Positions 1-12,800 of a stretch of DNA of 64,000 nucleotides are shown here, one piece after another (position 1 is the first letter of the stretch; the number at the start of each line of letters is the position of its first letter). This stretch comes from Laetmonice hystrix (lineage: Eukaryota), in NCBI GenBank assembly GCA_965235115.1, contig OZ249436.1, positions 18,664,001-18,728,000 of the forward strand. Direction: 5' to 3'. A program made the position numbers and the translations under genes. Below the pieces are notes generated by a model. That model saw nothing but the letters and a program-made list of their open reading frames with translations, had not been told where the DNA came from and did not search any database.

Positions 1-918
1 GACGTCATACCGGCTATAACTTGTAAATGGTTGAAGTTAGAGCCATAGTTACTAGTAAAGACTAGGCCCTAATAGGAAGTCATATATTTCTTTTCGGTGT
101 AGTATTATGAGTAAACAGTATATCTCAGTCAGTTTTCAAGATATCTCAATCAAACTTGGCACATATATTGACCATGGCAACGTCAGGTCACACAATCAGT
201 CATGAGGTCACGTGACGTCACGTCATGACGTCATGACGTCATTATTTTTCAGGTCACGTGACCTATGACGCCATAATGATGTCAACCATGTTTACTCAGG
301 GCTATCACGTGTAAATGGCTGGGGTTATAGTCATAGTTACTATTGAAGATGAATAGGAAGTCATATGCTCTTTCATTTAATACCATCATTTTTCAGGTCC
401 CGTGACTTATGACGTCATAACGTTGTCATCAATACTTTCACAGGGCTAGAACCTGTAAATAGTTGAAGTTAGAGCCATAGTTACTATATTAAACACTAAT
501 AGGAAGTCATATGCTCTTTCATTTGATACCATTCATTTTCAGGTCACGTGACCTATGACGTCATACCGGCTATAACTTGTAAATGGTTGAAGTTAGAGCC
601 ATAGTTACTAGTAAAGACTAGGCCCTAATAGGAAGTCATATATTTCTTTTCGGTGTAGTATTATGAGTAAACAGTATATCTCAGTCAGTTTTCAAGATAT
701 CTCAATCAAACTTGGCACATATATTGACCATGGCAACGTCAGGTCACACAATCAGTCATGAGGTCACGTGACGTCACGTCATGACGTCATGACGTCAAAC
801 GTGTTTGGGACATTAAGGGCCATTTTTGTAAGGTTAGCCTATATTGGGAATTTCCAAGATCTACCATAGCGTTATGATCAGGCAAGGGTCTAGCCTAAAA
901 CTGACCCTTCATTTGACC
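1..918 (+). mobile_element. Non-autonomous Helentron (HINE/DINE-like) fragment with ~145-bp internal tandem repeats and a 556-bp tandem duplication
   Basis: Bases 1-240 recur near-identically at 557-796. Repeat units caggtcacgtgacctatgacgtc...aataggaagtcatatgctctttcatt start at about 250, 393 and 540. The blocks tcagtcagttttcaagatatctcaatcaaa and atattgggaatttccaa...atcaggcaagggtctag are shared with the copy at 19450-20881, which ends in subTIR + hairpin + CTAGTT. Confidence 0.75.
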
Positions 919-2212
919 GCCGTACTGTACATTCCGCTCAGCCACCTCCCCAGCTTGGAGCCATCACTGACCGGGACTTGGACGCAGCAAGTCCCGTCAG
1001 CAAGCAGTTGGCCTGCCGGTGTCCTGCCGCGATATGGCCGCGCACTGAACAATTTAACTGGGATAAATCCAGTTAGTTTGACCGGAGTTTTCAATTTTGG
1101 GCACAGAAAACGTATAAAGTACATAATAAGTAAGGCCAATAAGACTTAGGTTGGGTCATAAAATACAATTTAAATACACAATCGTTTAAAGTATGATTGC
1201 TCCGCGCACGACAACCAACGCCATAATCTATTTTGAGCTTTGCACGCCTAAAATTCGAATCTATAAACATGTCAATTGGACTTTTAACAGTCACAATACA
1301 AGAACAAAAATTCTCGAAGACATTTCTTTTTTGGGGTGTGATGCCAATGAGTTAAGAGTGATAAATTCAAAACAAAACATGCTCATGTTTCAGACATGCC
1401 AAGACGTTCGAAGCAACAGAGAGCTGCAAAGAAAAGGGCAGCGCGAAGACCCCTAGAGGTAACAGTATACAACTATTCTGGCTTCACTTAACCATTTAAA
1501 GCAGTGATATACAGGTCAGACTTATATTTAGCAGTACTTGTATTTATCAGGGATGAAACTTCCAAAATAGTGGGTTTCCACTTGTTTATCCCCAGGAGTC
1601 CTGTATATGTCTCTCCTCGCACATAAATTTTTCTGCCCTTTTCCGGTTAGCCCCTATCGGTGAATTACCGTAAAAGATCATGTACAGTCAGACCCCTTTA
1701 AATAGTCCCTCTAATGCTAAATCCATGGATATTTGGATGGTGAACCTAGAGAAGAGTTTTTGGTCCATTTTGTTATCATTAACCGGAATGACCCATTTTC
1801 CGGGTCCAGATGGAATTAATTATGAACATTTGTCGTCACGTTTGTGTCATTAAACTGGACGGCCGACCTTTGAATTACCATTGGTGTCTCGGGCAAGCCA
1901 GGGTGTGAATGGGCAACACCTATTGTGTGTATGAAGCACAGGAGCTTACTACCTTGCATTTCAAACAAAATGAACTCTCTTTGAGCTTAAACGAATTTTC
2001 CCAAATTATATTTAACATTAAAAGAAAAGGATTTTCACAGTGGATACATAGCCAGGCAGACAGGTCCTGAAATTTTAAGCATTGTAACAACAACAACAAA
2101 AAACCTACACTATAACACACATATGGCGTTTAGTATGATCTATGCATATACAGGGTGGCCTGGAAAAAACGGAATAGCATATTTCCAGCATCCCAATATA
2201 TAGGCCTAAAGA

Positions 2213-2545
2213 CAGGGTTCTCGCCAGAAATTTTCGACAGCGTAGTGGTCAAACTAAGGGCAGAGCCCTGGTTAGGGGTACAGGAGGGGCAAACCCCAAG
2301 CTCAGGTAATTTAGGCTATTTTAGAGCCTTATCTTGCGGTCTAGATAGTCAGATGAGAAAGGTTTGTTAAACTAGACAGTAAACAAGCGACATTTTACCG
2401 GTATTCCTGTGGGTTCTGTTGACTTTAGACAAGTTTTTGCCGCTACGCTGGTCAAGAGACAGTGTAGCGGCCTCAAAGACAGTGTAGTGGCCTAAATACA
2501 CAGCGTAGCGGCCCGCTACGCTGAAAAAGGCTGGCGAGAACGCTG
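2213..2545. mobile_element. MITE with 5-bp TSD (hAT5-like), nested in the mariner-like element
   Basis: 15-bp TIRs cagggttctcgccag / ctggcgagaacgctg; aaaga duplicated on both flanks. Confidence 0.8.
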
Positions 2546-2688
2546 AAAGAGTAGGTATGGCAGGAAAGAAAATCTCATAAAACAAGTTCTGTGTAACAAA
2601 AGATGGAGCAAGTAAGATACCAACTAAACAAAGGATTTTACTTCAAACATAACGAAATGTGCAATGTGGCCTACGAAATATTGGGTCA

Positions 2689-3339
2689 CCCGGGATCTCG
2701 CTAGGATTTCAAAATCATTAGCTGCTGTGGCTAACTGAGCAGAGTTTTAATGAGCCACATTCATGATTCATTAGCCACAAAATGGGAATCCTCAATCGTT
2801 TAGTAAAAACGTTTATTTTCCCATATTCATTGTGTAACACCAGTCTTAATCTTATTCATGACTTAACATAGGCCAACAGGGTACCCAGTGGTCCCACATT
2901 TTAAATATTTTGTCATACATTTTTAAAAATTCACAATTTTGAGGTACTCCTTTTTGCAAGATGGCTACAGCCTACAGCAACATCCTTCCACAGGCGTACT
3001 GATCACAGATGCACAGACAGCTGGCTGGTACCAGAAGCTTCCCCTCTAGCTCAAACCCACTCCTTCAACAGGTATATCTGCCACCCACCTCCACTCGCGG
3101 GCCACATCACCTTCCAATGAGGGAACCACCTGGCATTACATAATGCGCTTGAGAAACAGGTCTGCAATTTGATGGGGTCAGGTAGACACAGGCCAAGTCC
3201 GCGAGTGACACTAATCACACTATGGGATAGGTGGGCCGGGAAGGAGACGCCAAAGTAGCGATCGATTAATTAAATTTATTAGCCACATTGCATTTCTATT
3301 TGCCTATGGTGAAGTGGCGAGCGGCTAGCGAGATCTGTG
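2689..3339. mobile_element. MITE with 5-bp TSD (hAT5-like), nested in the mariner-like element
   Basis: TIR cores gatctcgctag / ctagcgagatc; ggtca at 2684-2688 and 3340-3344. Confidence 0.7.
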
Positions 3340-3590
3340 GGTCAGATGGTAATAGTCTGTTATGACAGGGTTAGTATAGTTGACTTGCCACACAAAAATA
3401 GCTCCCGTTAGAAAACTACTCAACCGAATCAGATGATATTGGTGTCAACTTTCATAAAAAGAGTTCCTTTCCTACCATACCAGTCTTTTATGTACCAGCA
3501 TAACGGAATATGCTATTCCGTTTCTTGTGCGCCACCCTGTATTGATTGGTTCATGATCTGGCTACTAGGAGGAGATCTTTTGCAGACCAG

Positions 3591-3935
3591 GGCCCGGTTC
3601 TTTTGTGCAATCTTCGTGAGCTGAGCAGCATTTTTGTGAGCTGAGAAGCAATTTTCGTGAGCTTGTGACGTTAGAAATTAGGCCTTATTGTTTAAGTCTA
3701 GAAGAGTTCCAAAAGTATTGTGACGTCACAGTATCTGAGTGATGACAATAGGACTGTTCCGTCATATATCGCAGGTTGGCTCACTGTGAGCAAGTGCTCA
3801 CGTGAGATTGTGCTCAGGGTAAACAAAAAAACCCGAATAGCTGCTCACGGTGAGCAGTGCTCACGTAAGCAGTAAAGCGGTGCTAAGCTCACCACATCTC
3901 AGCTCACGGTAAGAGGTAAACAAAAGAACCGGGCC
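3591..3935. mobile_element. PIF/Harbinger-like MITE
   Basis: TIRs ggcccggttcttttgt / acaaaagaaccgggcc; 3-bp TSD cag (3588-3590, 3936-3938); internal gtgagc/gctcac repeats. Confidence 0.8.
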
Positions 3936-4038
3936 CAGGTGCACGTTATTTATAAACAGTATAATCTTTATCAAAATTAATAGTAGAATTATATTGTATA
4001 GTACCATAAGAATAATTTACGTTTTTGACGATAGTGTA

Positions 4039-5288
4039 GGGTAACAGGGGGCATTAGAGACCTGGGGGCATTAGTGCCCACTACATGTAACACATATTGT
4101 GAAAGCTATCATGAGGGAGCCATCTTGCCCAATCCAGCCTGGCCAATCATAGCAAGGCTAATATATGTCATTAGGCATAATAAGCCAATAGGGTGGCTCT
4201 TAATATAATGGGGAGGCAAGTTTGAAAATCAGTCCACAGTAAACCTTCATTTTGCGAAGCCATCTTGCTTTTTTCCTACCAGACGAAACTTTGCAGTTTG
4301 TGCTATATTATTGTGTTTGACACTTGTTTTGGAGTTGAAGAGAATTCTTTTACTGAAAAATCAGTTGGTGAGTATTATTTCAGTACTTTTGAAAGGAAGT
4401 GGGTGGTAATATGATGAAAATGGGCACATTTAATTACATGGGTTAGTGTCGGCCATTTTGGTTTTCCAGTATCAGTCACTTTGTGGAGTCTTGTGTTGAA
4501 GCTTGGCATTTGAAGTAAAATCTACCCATAAAATGATCAATTAACATGCACCAACATTGAATATCATTAGATTATAAAAGATTAACATTGATGCTTTCTA
4601 CTTTCTAAAGAACTTGCTTGCCTAAAATTATCCATTTCTCAAGCGGTCATTAATGCCCCCCAAAAGGGGGTCATTAATGCCCCATCTAGGTCAGAAAATT
4701 ATAATTATTGTATTTTCCCTTTTATAGTGTTTGTACTTTTATGTGTCAATGACAAGTATATATATGTATGCTACCATATAGTTATACTGTAGGGTCAGCT
4801 AATAGCTTATTAGGTTTTAGAACAATAATTTCAAAAGTGGTCACTAATGCCCCCTCTTTTTGAACACTACAGAGTTCAAAATGGTTCGCAACTCGGGTTA
4901 TAACAAGAAAGATCTTTATTACTCTTATAATTTTCATGGTATATAGCCTTTTTGAACATTTTATTGCTTTTGAAAATGCTGTTTTTTTGTGTAAAATAAA
5001 AGAATGAGCAAAGTTGTTGTACATGTTAACTTTAAGTGTACTTTATTGCCAATGGTCATTAATGCCCCCAGTGGTGGTCACTAATACCCCGGCAACGGGG
5101 GCATTAGTGACTTTTGAAAATTAAAGCCTATTATAATTCTTAAGCGAGAATAGTGAATAATGTATGTATAATTGGATAAGTCTTGGGCATCTGGTAAATT
5201 AGGAATACAAATTTCAAGGTGCCTCCTCAAGATAATTTTTGTGTACCCCATAATATAAAAAGGGGGTCACTAATGCCCCCAGTTACCC
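4039..5288. mobile_element. Non-autonomous TA-flanked DNA transposon (Tc1/mariner-pogo-like)
   Basis: TIRs gggtaacagggggcattag / ctaatgcccccagttaccc, flanked by TA; repeated internal ggggcattag/ctaatgcccc motifs; no ORF. Confidence 0.8.
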
Positions 5289-6875
5289 TATAGGCCTAGT
5301 GTGCTTTTTTTACCCACAAACTGGCCATTGAAAATCCTGTGCGTGCACGGGTCTGGTAAAAAAAAAACGGTTGCAATATCTCGACTGCTGAAAATGGACG
5401 ATAATGGAGGATTTTTGGCTTCATAGTCACTACAGTGGTAAGTAGCACTTGGAAATTAGCATTCAAAAATAAAAAGCCCAGATATACCGGGGGTATTCAA
5501 TAAAGGCATTAGTTTGTGTTCTGAATGCATAATTTAAAAAAAAAACTTTGTTATAAAGTTCCAAATTAGGCCGACTTGTCATGGCCGTAAAATGACAGAG
5601 GTGAAACATTACTTTAGAGATGCATAGTGGTAAAATGAAACACTTTTGGAACTAAACAACTAGGGATGACGTTAATAGGCCTAATAATAATATTTTTTCT
5701 AATCGGTCTGGCACCCAAAATTGCCTCCGTACGATAGCACACTAGACACAAATTTTTATTGTACTCCTAAGTGTTACTGTAACATGAGTCAGTTTTCGTC
5801 TTCCAGTGTATTGCAGAATGGGCAAGAATAAGATTAGGAATAAGAACTACACAGATTAGCAGCAACAGGGCCCAGGACTACGACATAATTATTTAGAGCT
5901 TTTGATGCAAGAATTTTTAAGCTTTTGAAACTCGAATATTTTTTTCTATAGCATGCAGGGGTTTTCACTGCAATGCAGCTCTGTCTCCGAATCTGGATTG
6001 CCATAAATGTTAACATATGTGATCTACACACAAATCTAAGCAAAAATCAATGGTAAAATGGAACATCCTCGTCAGCCGAAAATACCTATCAACAAGTCTA
6101 AGCAAGGTCAGATGTAGCATCTCGTCAGCCGAAAATGGACAAAAATGTGCAGGTTCTTTGCATTGAGACATGTCTCGTGGTAAGTAGTAATCAGAAATAC
6201 GCATACAATAATACAAGAAGCCCAGTTATATCCAATAAAGGCATAAGTTTGTGTTGTGAATGCGTATTTCTAAAATATAGGTCTGTAGCCCTAAAAACCA
6301 GTTGCATGCTATCCATGATAGTGTCCTACACATGGTCTTTTACGGTAAAAAAAAAACAATGCCAAATGTCTCCCCTAGAACTGTAAAGCGCCCCCTAGGG
6401 AGCAGTCCCGCCCCCTTCAAAACCCGTGATATAAACCCTGAAAGTTTGCTTTGTTTCATTTACGTTGCAGATCTTAAAAAGACTCTAAATTGAAACTGTA
6501 TTGATTGGTGTAGATATTTTAAATATAAAGGGTCTCAAGGTAAAAATATTGCTGTATGCTTACCATGTTCTGAAAGACTAAAATACTGTTTTTTCGGGTG
6601 TATACAGCAGGTTTCTCAGATTTATGTAACCGTGATTTAAGAGTGGCTTGTATGTAGCCATCCTGATTTTGAACTTACTCAACCGATTTAGACAGTTGAA
6701 TACAATATCACCAGGTCGCGCCTTGTGGCATACATTGATTCAGGCCCAGTAAATTCCCTGGACTTTGATGTAACATAAAGGTGAGGTAAATTACAGCAAT
6801 CTAGTACAGTACAAAAATTGCTTATTGCCATCAGTTGTTTCTCTTTGATCTTAACAAACATTATCCTTTTTCTCT

Positions 6876-9800
6876 TTGCAGCTGAGAGGCTGCACGGAGG
6901 TTGGTGACCTCACGGAGGATGATCAGGCCCTCCGTTCAAAAAAACCTGTCCCTGGATCGGAGGTCTCTGACCTCACGGAGGTTGATCAGGCCCTCCGTTC
7001 AACAAAACCTGTCCCTGGATCAGAGGTCTCTGACCTCACGGAGGCTGTCCACCTCCGTACAAAAAATAATGGACCTGGTACAATGTATCCCCCCGTACCA
7101 GAAGGATCAAATGACGTGTCAAAAACTATGGATACAAATGATGTGCAAAAAACTATGGATACAAATGACGTGCAAAAAACTATGGATACAAATGACGTGT
7201 CAAAAACTATGGATCTCAGTATCATGAATCTCAGTATCACAAAACATGTTCCTGTTACTTGTATCGAAAAACATGTTCCTGTTACTTGTATCACAAAACC
7301 TGGTCCTGTTACTTGTATCGCAAAACCTGGTCCTGTTACTTGTATCACAAAACCTGGTCCTGTTACTTGTATTACTGTACCACAAGTATCAAAATCAAAC
7401 TTGTCAAGTGACAATATGAAACCAAACATGCAAAGTGACAGTTTGCCAAACAAGCCAATTCCCAGTCTACCAACCATGCACAGTACTAGTATTACAGATG
7501 CAATCGGTACCAGTTTACCAGTGCAGCACAGTACCAGTCTCCCAGATGAACACTATAAACGTGAACATGGCAAACAGACCAACCGCATATCCAGCAACCA
7601 TGCCAACATTACGCCAGGTCAGCAATCTAAGAATGTACCAGATCAGCAAACAAGGAGTACACAAAACATACCAAGTATCAAGGACATTAACAGTGTACAA
7701 GACAAGTCTGGTATCCATCCACCACAAGGACAGACTAACAGTGTTGATAGCGGGAAAATGACTACAAGTAACCTTCTGAATCAAACTTTGAAAAACTCAT
7801 CGAGTGACTGCTGTTCTGCTTATAGTGAAACTTCCGATATTGTTATTGAAACATGTGTTGTTCCAGGCAGTATGCACCAGGGGAATGCCAAATTTCCAGA
7901 CTCAGTCAGAGGTAGATTTTGTGTAGGTGCTGCCGTAGTAGCCATTGAAAGGCTCCAGAATATGAGAAATGTCTCAACAGCTGACGTTGATAGAGTTCTT
8001 ATTGAAGGTTCTACTGTATATCAAAACGTTCGAAACAAACTAAGAGAACAAAGGTTTAATCTACCAGATGACTATCTCTCATTCAGTAATCTTCCCCATC
8101 AGTTAGAGACTACCAACAGTCAGTTCGTGTGTGATATGAACGAAAGTGATCTGTCACTGGGTACCTGTGTAAGCATTGATGATGACAATGTATCACTTGC
8201 CGAAGCTGTAAAAGAGACGTTTGATCGACACAATGCAGGTCTCATAATCATAGGTCTTGAAGCCATCAGTGTATTTCTGAATTGTAAAGGACAATTCTGC
8301 CTCTTTGACTCTCATTCAAGAGATATACAAGGTCAGCAAACTTGCAATGGAACAGCCATATTTATGTGTTTTCCAACCTTGAGAGAATTACAAGACCAGT
8401 TACTGAAATTTGTGTGTAGTACTACAAATGATCCATGTATTGTCAGATACGAAATGCAACCAGTACAGATAACACATGATGATGGGAACCTGACCATGAT
8501 TTCTGGTGTGAGAACTAAAAAGTATGTAGAAAGAAGTGATTTGCCTGTTGTACAGCCAGTGCAAAATGTTGAGTTATCGGATCGTGTCTGTAAGAACTCT
8601 CATGGAATTCAATGTTCCAACAGATTTTCCATTTTAACTGAACCTACTGACACGCACAGAACAGACAAACAATTAACAGTTCATGATCAGCAAGATGAAC
8701 AGTCAACCGATAAAATACCCTCACATCTGTCTGAACCACTGCAAAGCAATGGAGTGATTTCAAGTAAATCATGTGACACTGACATAGACACTGTCTATGG
8801 TAACATTAGTCAAGCTGACGATTGCTTTTCACAGTACAATAAACAAAGATTGTCACTCAGTAATGCGCTCATAAGTCTCATGTGTCTAACAAAATGTGAA
8901 CAATATCAACCTTCTGATCTTAACTATGTACTTCTAGAGGGGGCTCGACTTTGTGGCAAATCACAGGCAAAGGTTGACACAAACAATATGGAGAAGGCAG
9001 TCATGAAACTCCATGAACAAACTGATGGATCCTGTGTTGTGGAAAATATACAGTCCGTTGACATTGCTTTGAGCGGTGGTATGAAAACTCGGAAGCAAAA
9101 AAGCACAAATCTGGCCAATGAGGTTCAAAAGGCGTTTTCTGTTTCAAACAGCCTGATTATATCTACAGGATATGGCTTCCTTACTGCCTTCAAGACGAAA
9201 CATGACTCATGGGTAGTATTTAATCCCAGTCCATACAAGGTAAAAGAACCGCAGGTTGGAAAAGCAATGCTTGTTGTGTGCAAAAGTGTAGACCAAGCTA
9301 GTGAAGTTATCGAAAACCTACTGAAAAACATGAAGAAAACCGTTACACGTTGTCGACTTGTTGCATTAACAGTTGTAAACATCACAGGCAGTGTTGGCAG
9401 CTCAATGGAAGACTTGGCCCCAACAGACAGTGCTCAAAGAAATAATAATCAAAAGACTGAACTTGAAACACATGACAGAAAGGAATACATGAGAAAATAT
9501 ATGAGAAAGAGAAGAGCAGATTGCCAATTCCTACAGACTGAAAGACTGTACAAGAAGCAACGTAGGCTCAATCTAGCAAATAAACGTGCTGACCGGGAAT
9601 ACATTAACAAAAAGCGTCTAGATGCAAGTTTCCAAGAAAGGGAACGAGAATACATAAAGAAACAAAGACTAGATTCAGGCTTCCAACAAAATGAACGAGA
9701 ACGTATCAAGAAACGAAGATTAGATTCAGGCTTCCAACAAGATGAACGAGAATACATGAGAAAACAAAGACTAGACTTGCAATTTAAGGAAAATGGAAGA

Positions 9801-12800
9801 CAGTACACCCAAAAAAGACGACTCAATTTAGAGATTAAAAGTAATGAAAGTAGATCAAAAAAATGTAAATACATAAGTGATATAACGTACCGTGAAAAAT
9901 GTATACAGTATAGTAAGACAAAGTATACAACTGATGAAACATACAGGGACAAAATGAAATGTTACAGTTCACAAAAATACAAACAAAATCTGGATTTCCA
10001 AAGCAAGACAAAAAGCTACAGTTCTCAGAAATACAAACAAAATCTGGATTTCCAAAGAAAGACAAAAAGCTACAGTTCTCAGAAATACAAACAAAATCTG
10101 GATTTCCAAAGAAAGACAAAAAGCTACAGTTCTCAGAAATACAAACAAAATCTGGATTTCCAAAGAAAGACAAAAAGCTACAGTTCTCAGAAATACAAAC
10201 AAAATCTGGATTTCCAAAGCAAGACAAAAAGCTACAGTTCTCAGAAATACAAACAAAATCTGGATTTCCAAAGAAAGACAAAAAGCTACAGTTCTCAGAA
10301 ATACAAACAAAATCTGGATTTCCAAAGAAAGACAAAAAGCTACAGTTCTCAGAAATACAAACAAAATCTGGATTTCCAAAGAAAGACAAAAAGCTACAGT
10401 TCTCAGAAATACAAACAAAATCTGGATTTCCAAAGAAAGACAAAAAGCTACAGTTCTCAGAAATACAAACAAAATCTGGATTTCCAAAGAAAGACAAAAA
10501 GCTACAGTTCTCAGAAATACAAACAAAATCTGGATTTTAGAGAGAAGGTGAAAAGTTACAGCAGAATAAAGTACCAACAAAATGCATTGTTCAGGTCAAA
10601 AATAAATGACGCACAGAGATTAAAATACCAAACCAATATTCGATATCAGGAATGGAAAAGAAATTCAGTGCAGTTCAAATATCTAGACATCATGAATGAT
10701 CCTAAGTTAAGGAAGCGTATGAAAAAGATGAAAAGACGACAGTACATGAGAAATGCTATAGCACTTAGACTAAGAGCTCGTCAGAGGAAAGAACGAAATG
10801 ATGAGCATCGTAAAGAGATTCAAAACGTGAAAACTATTTTTCATAGCAAAGTTCAGGAGTACCCAGAGTATGTGTGTTCAGTTTGTCATAGACTGCTTTT
10901 CAAAAAACAGGTTTTGAAATGTGATAAAACAAAATATGAAACGTCTGCTTCTCAGAAACGTTTGGCTAGAGCCTGCATTACTGAAGATAAATTACACAAT
11001 TGTAATCCAAAATCCACACAAACTTGTCATGTACTAAGGGAATCACGGAGAGACCTGTACATATGCCATACTTGCGACAGATATTTGAAAGCTGGGAAAA
11101 TTCCACACGAAGCATACACAAATAAACTGGAATTGCAGAAACTACCCCACGAACTACAAACATTGAATATACTGGAGAAACACCTCATCTCGAGAATTGT
11201 ACCATTCATGAAACTCATCACATTACCAAAAGGTGGCCAAAAAAAATTGAAAGGACCATGTGTTTTGGTACCGTCAGATTTACAAGATACAATAAATAGT
11301 CTCCCCAGAAGTGACGGAGACAACCCAGGTATCATTCGGCTCAAAATGAAAAGGAAGCTTTCTTATGAAGGTCATTATGAGTACAAGCAAGTTGATATGA
11401 AAAAGGTTCATGATGCTCTTAGGTATTTAAAAGAACAAATTGCAAATGTGCATTATGCTGACATTGAAATTGATCAATCAAGACATGTGCAAAATGACTG
11501 TGGAAAACTTGACTGTACTGAGGCTGATGAGCAACACACATGTGAAACTTCCAAAAATGAAAATACTGATAAGATTGTGTCCAATGATAATGATGAACAA
11601 AATGATTGTGAGGAGGTGAGAACAGGACCTCTATTAGACACGTTCCTTATGCCTGTTGACATGGTCCAGGAGGCCTTACCATTGTGTCCAGATAGTATTT
11701 TGTCTATTGCGCCGTGTGAAAAAAATAGACCCACGAATTTATATGCAAACAAATCAGGTGAAGCCCTTGCGTTTCCGAATCATTTCCCAGATGGTCGAAA
11801 TACTTTAACAGAAGAAAGAGCAGTTGAATTATCCCCATCAAAATATTTTCAGGCGAGACTGATGAACGTAGATAATCGTTTTGCAAAGGACCCACAATAC
11901 ATATTCTTTGCATTGTACATCACAGAATTGAAATTCATGGCCAGCAACATATCTATTGCACTTAGAAAGGGAAGAAAGCAAACAAAAGATGGAAACAAAA
12001 TAACAGCAGGCACATTATCTCAGAGACAAGGCATAGATCATGTCACCAGAGAAGATACAGGTTTCCGACACTTTCCCACACTGAAAGGTTCACCAGATTA
12101 CTGGAAAATGACCCAACACGATTTGTTTGCCATGATCAGACAACTTGGTATTCCAACATTCTTTTGTACATTTAGCTGTAACAATGATTGGCCTGAAATT
12201 GTGACTGCTATAAAAGCTCAGCAGGGACAAACGGTTGATGTTGATTCTTTGTCATGGGAAGAAAAGTGCAACATTCTGGCATCCAATCCCGTTACTTGTG
12301 CACGTATGTTTGATCATCGAGTGAAACTGTTCCTCAACGAAGTGATCATGTCTCCAGCAAAACCAATCGGTGAAGTGATTGATCACTTTTACAGAGTTGA
12401 ATGGCAGGCAAGAGGAAGTCCTCATATACATTGTTTATTCTGGGTTAAAGACGCACCAGTTCTAGACCGAGATTCAGACCAAGCTGTATGTGATTTTATT
12501 GATCAGTTTATCTCGTGTCAAGTTCCACCCGAAGGTGACGAATTACATGAAAAAGTTACCCGCTTTCAGAAACACAGTAAGCATCATACAAAATCATGCA
12601 AAAAAGGAAATCGCCCATGTAGGTTCAACTTCCCAAAACCAGTTGCAAAGAGAACATTTGTGTCAAGACGTGCAACCATGCCTGACGGACAGTCACCAAG
12701 CAAGGCGGACATGCATCATGCATCAGAACAGTTGTCAAAAGTGAGAGACTTGTTGAATGAACACATTGAAAATGAAAATGTGTCAATAGATGACCTCTTA

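Larger units (their letters stand above)
2151..3539. mobile_element. Non-autonomous Tc1/mariner-like DNA transposon carrying two nested MITEs
   Basis: Imperfect 31-bp TIRs cagggtggcctggaaaaaacggaatagcata / tatgctattccgtttcttgtgcgccaccctg; TA on both flanks (2149-2150, 3540-3541). Confidence 0.85.

Noticed and set aside
6876..6878. TTG start codon given by the ORF track
   Set aside because: It is part of the polypyrimidine/CAG splice acceptor in a eukaryotic gene.
7857..9385. Integrated herpesvirus or other viral genome
   Set aside because: The tegument-like peptidase is fused in frame to Helitron Rep/helicase, and no capsid, polymerase or terminase genes are present.
9449..10580. Overlapping and antisense ORFs (167-220 aa) across the 54-bp repeat
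   Set aside because: By-products of a 3n tandem repeat inside the RepHel frame.
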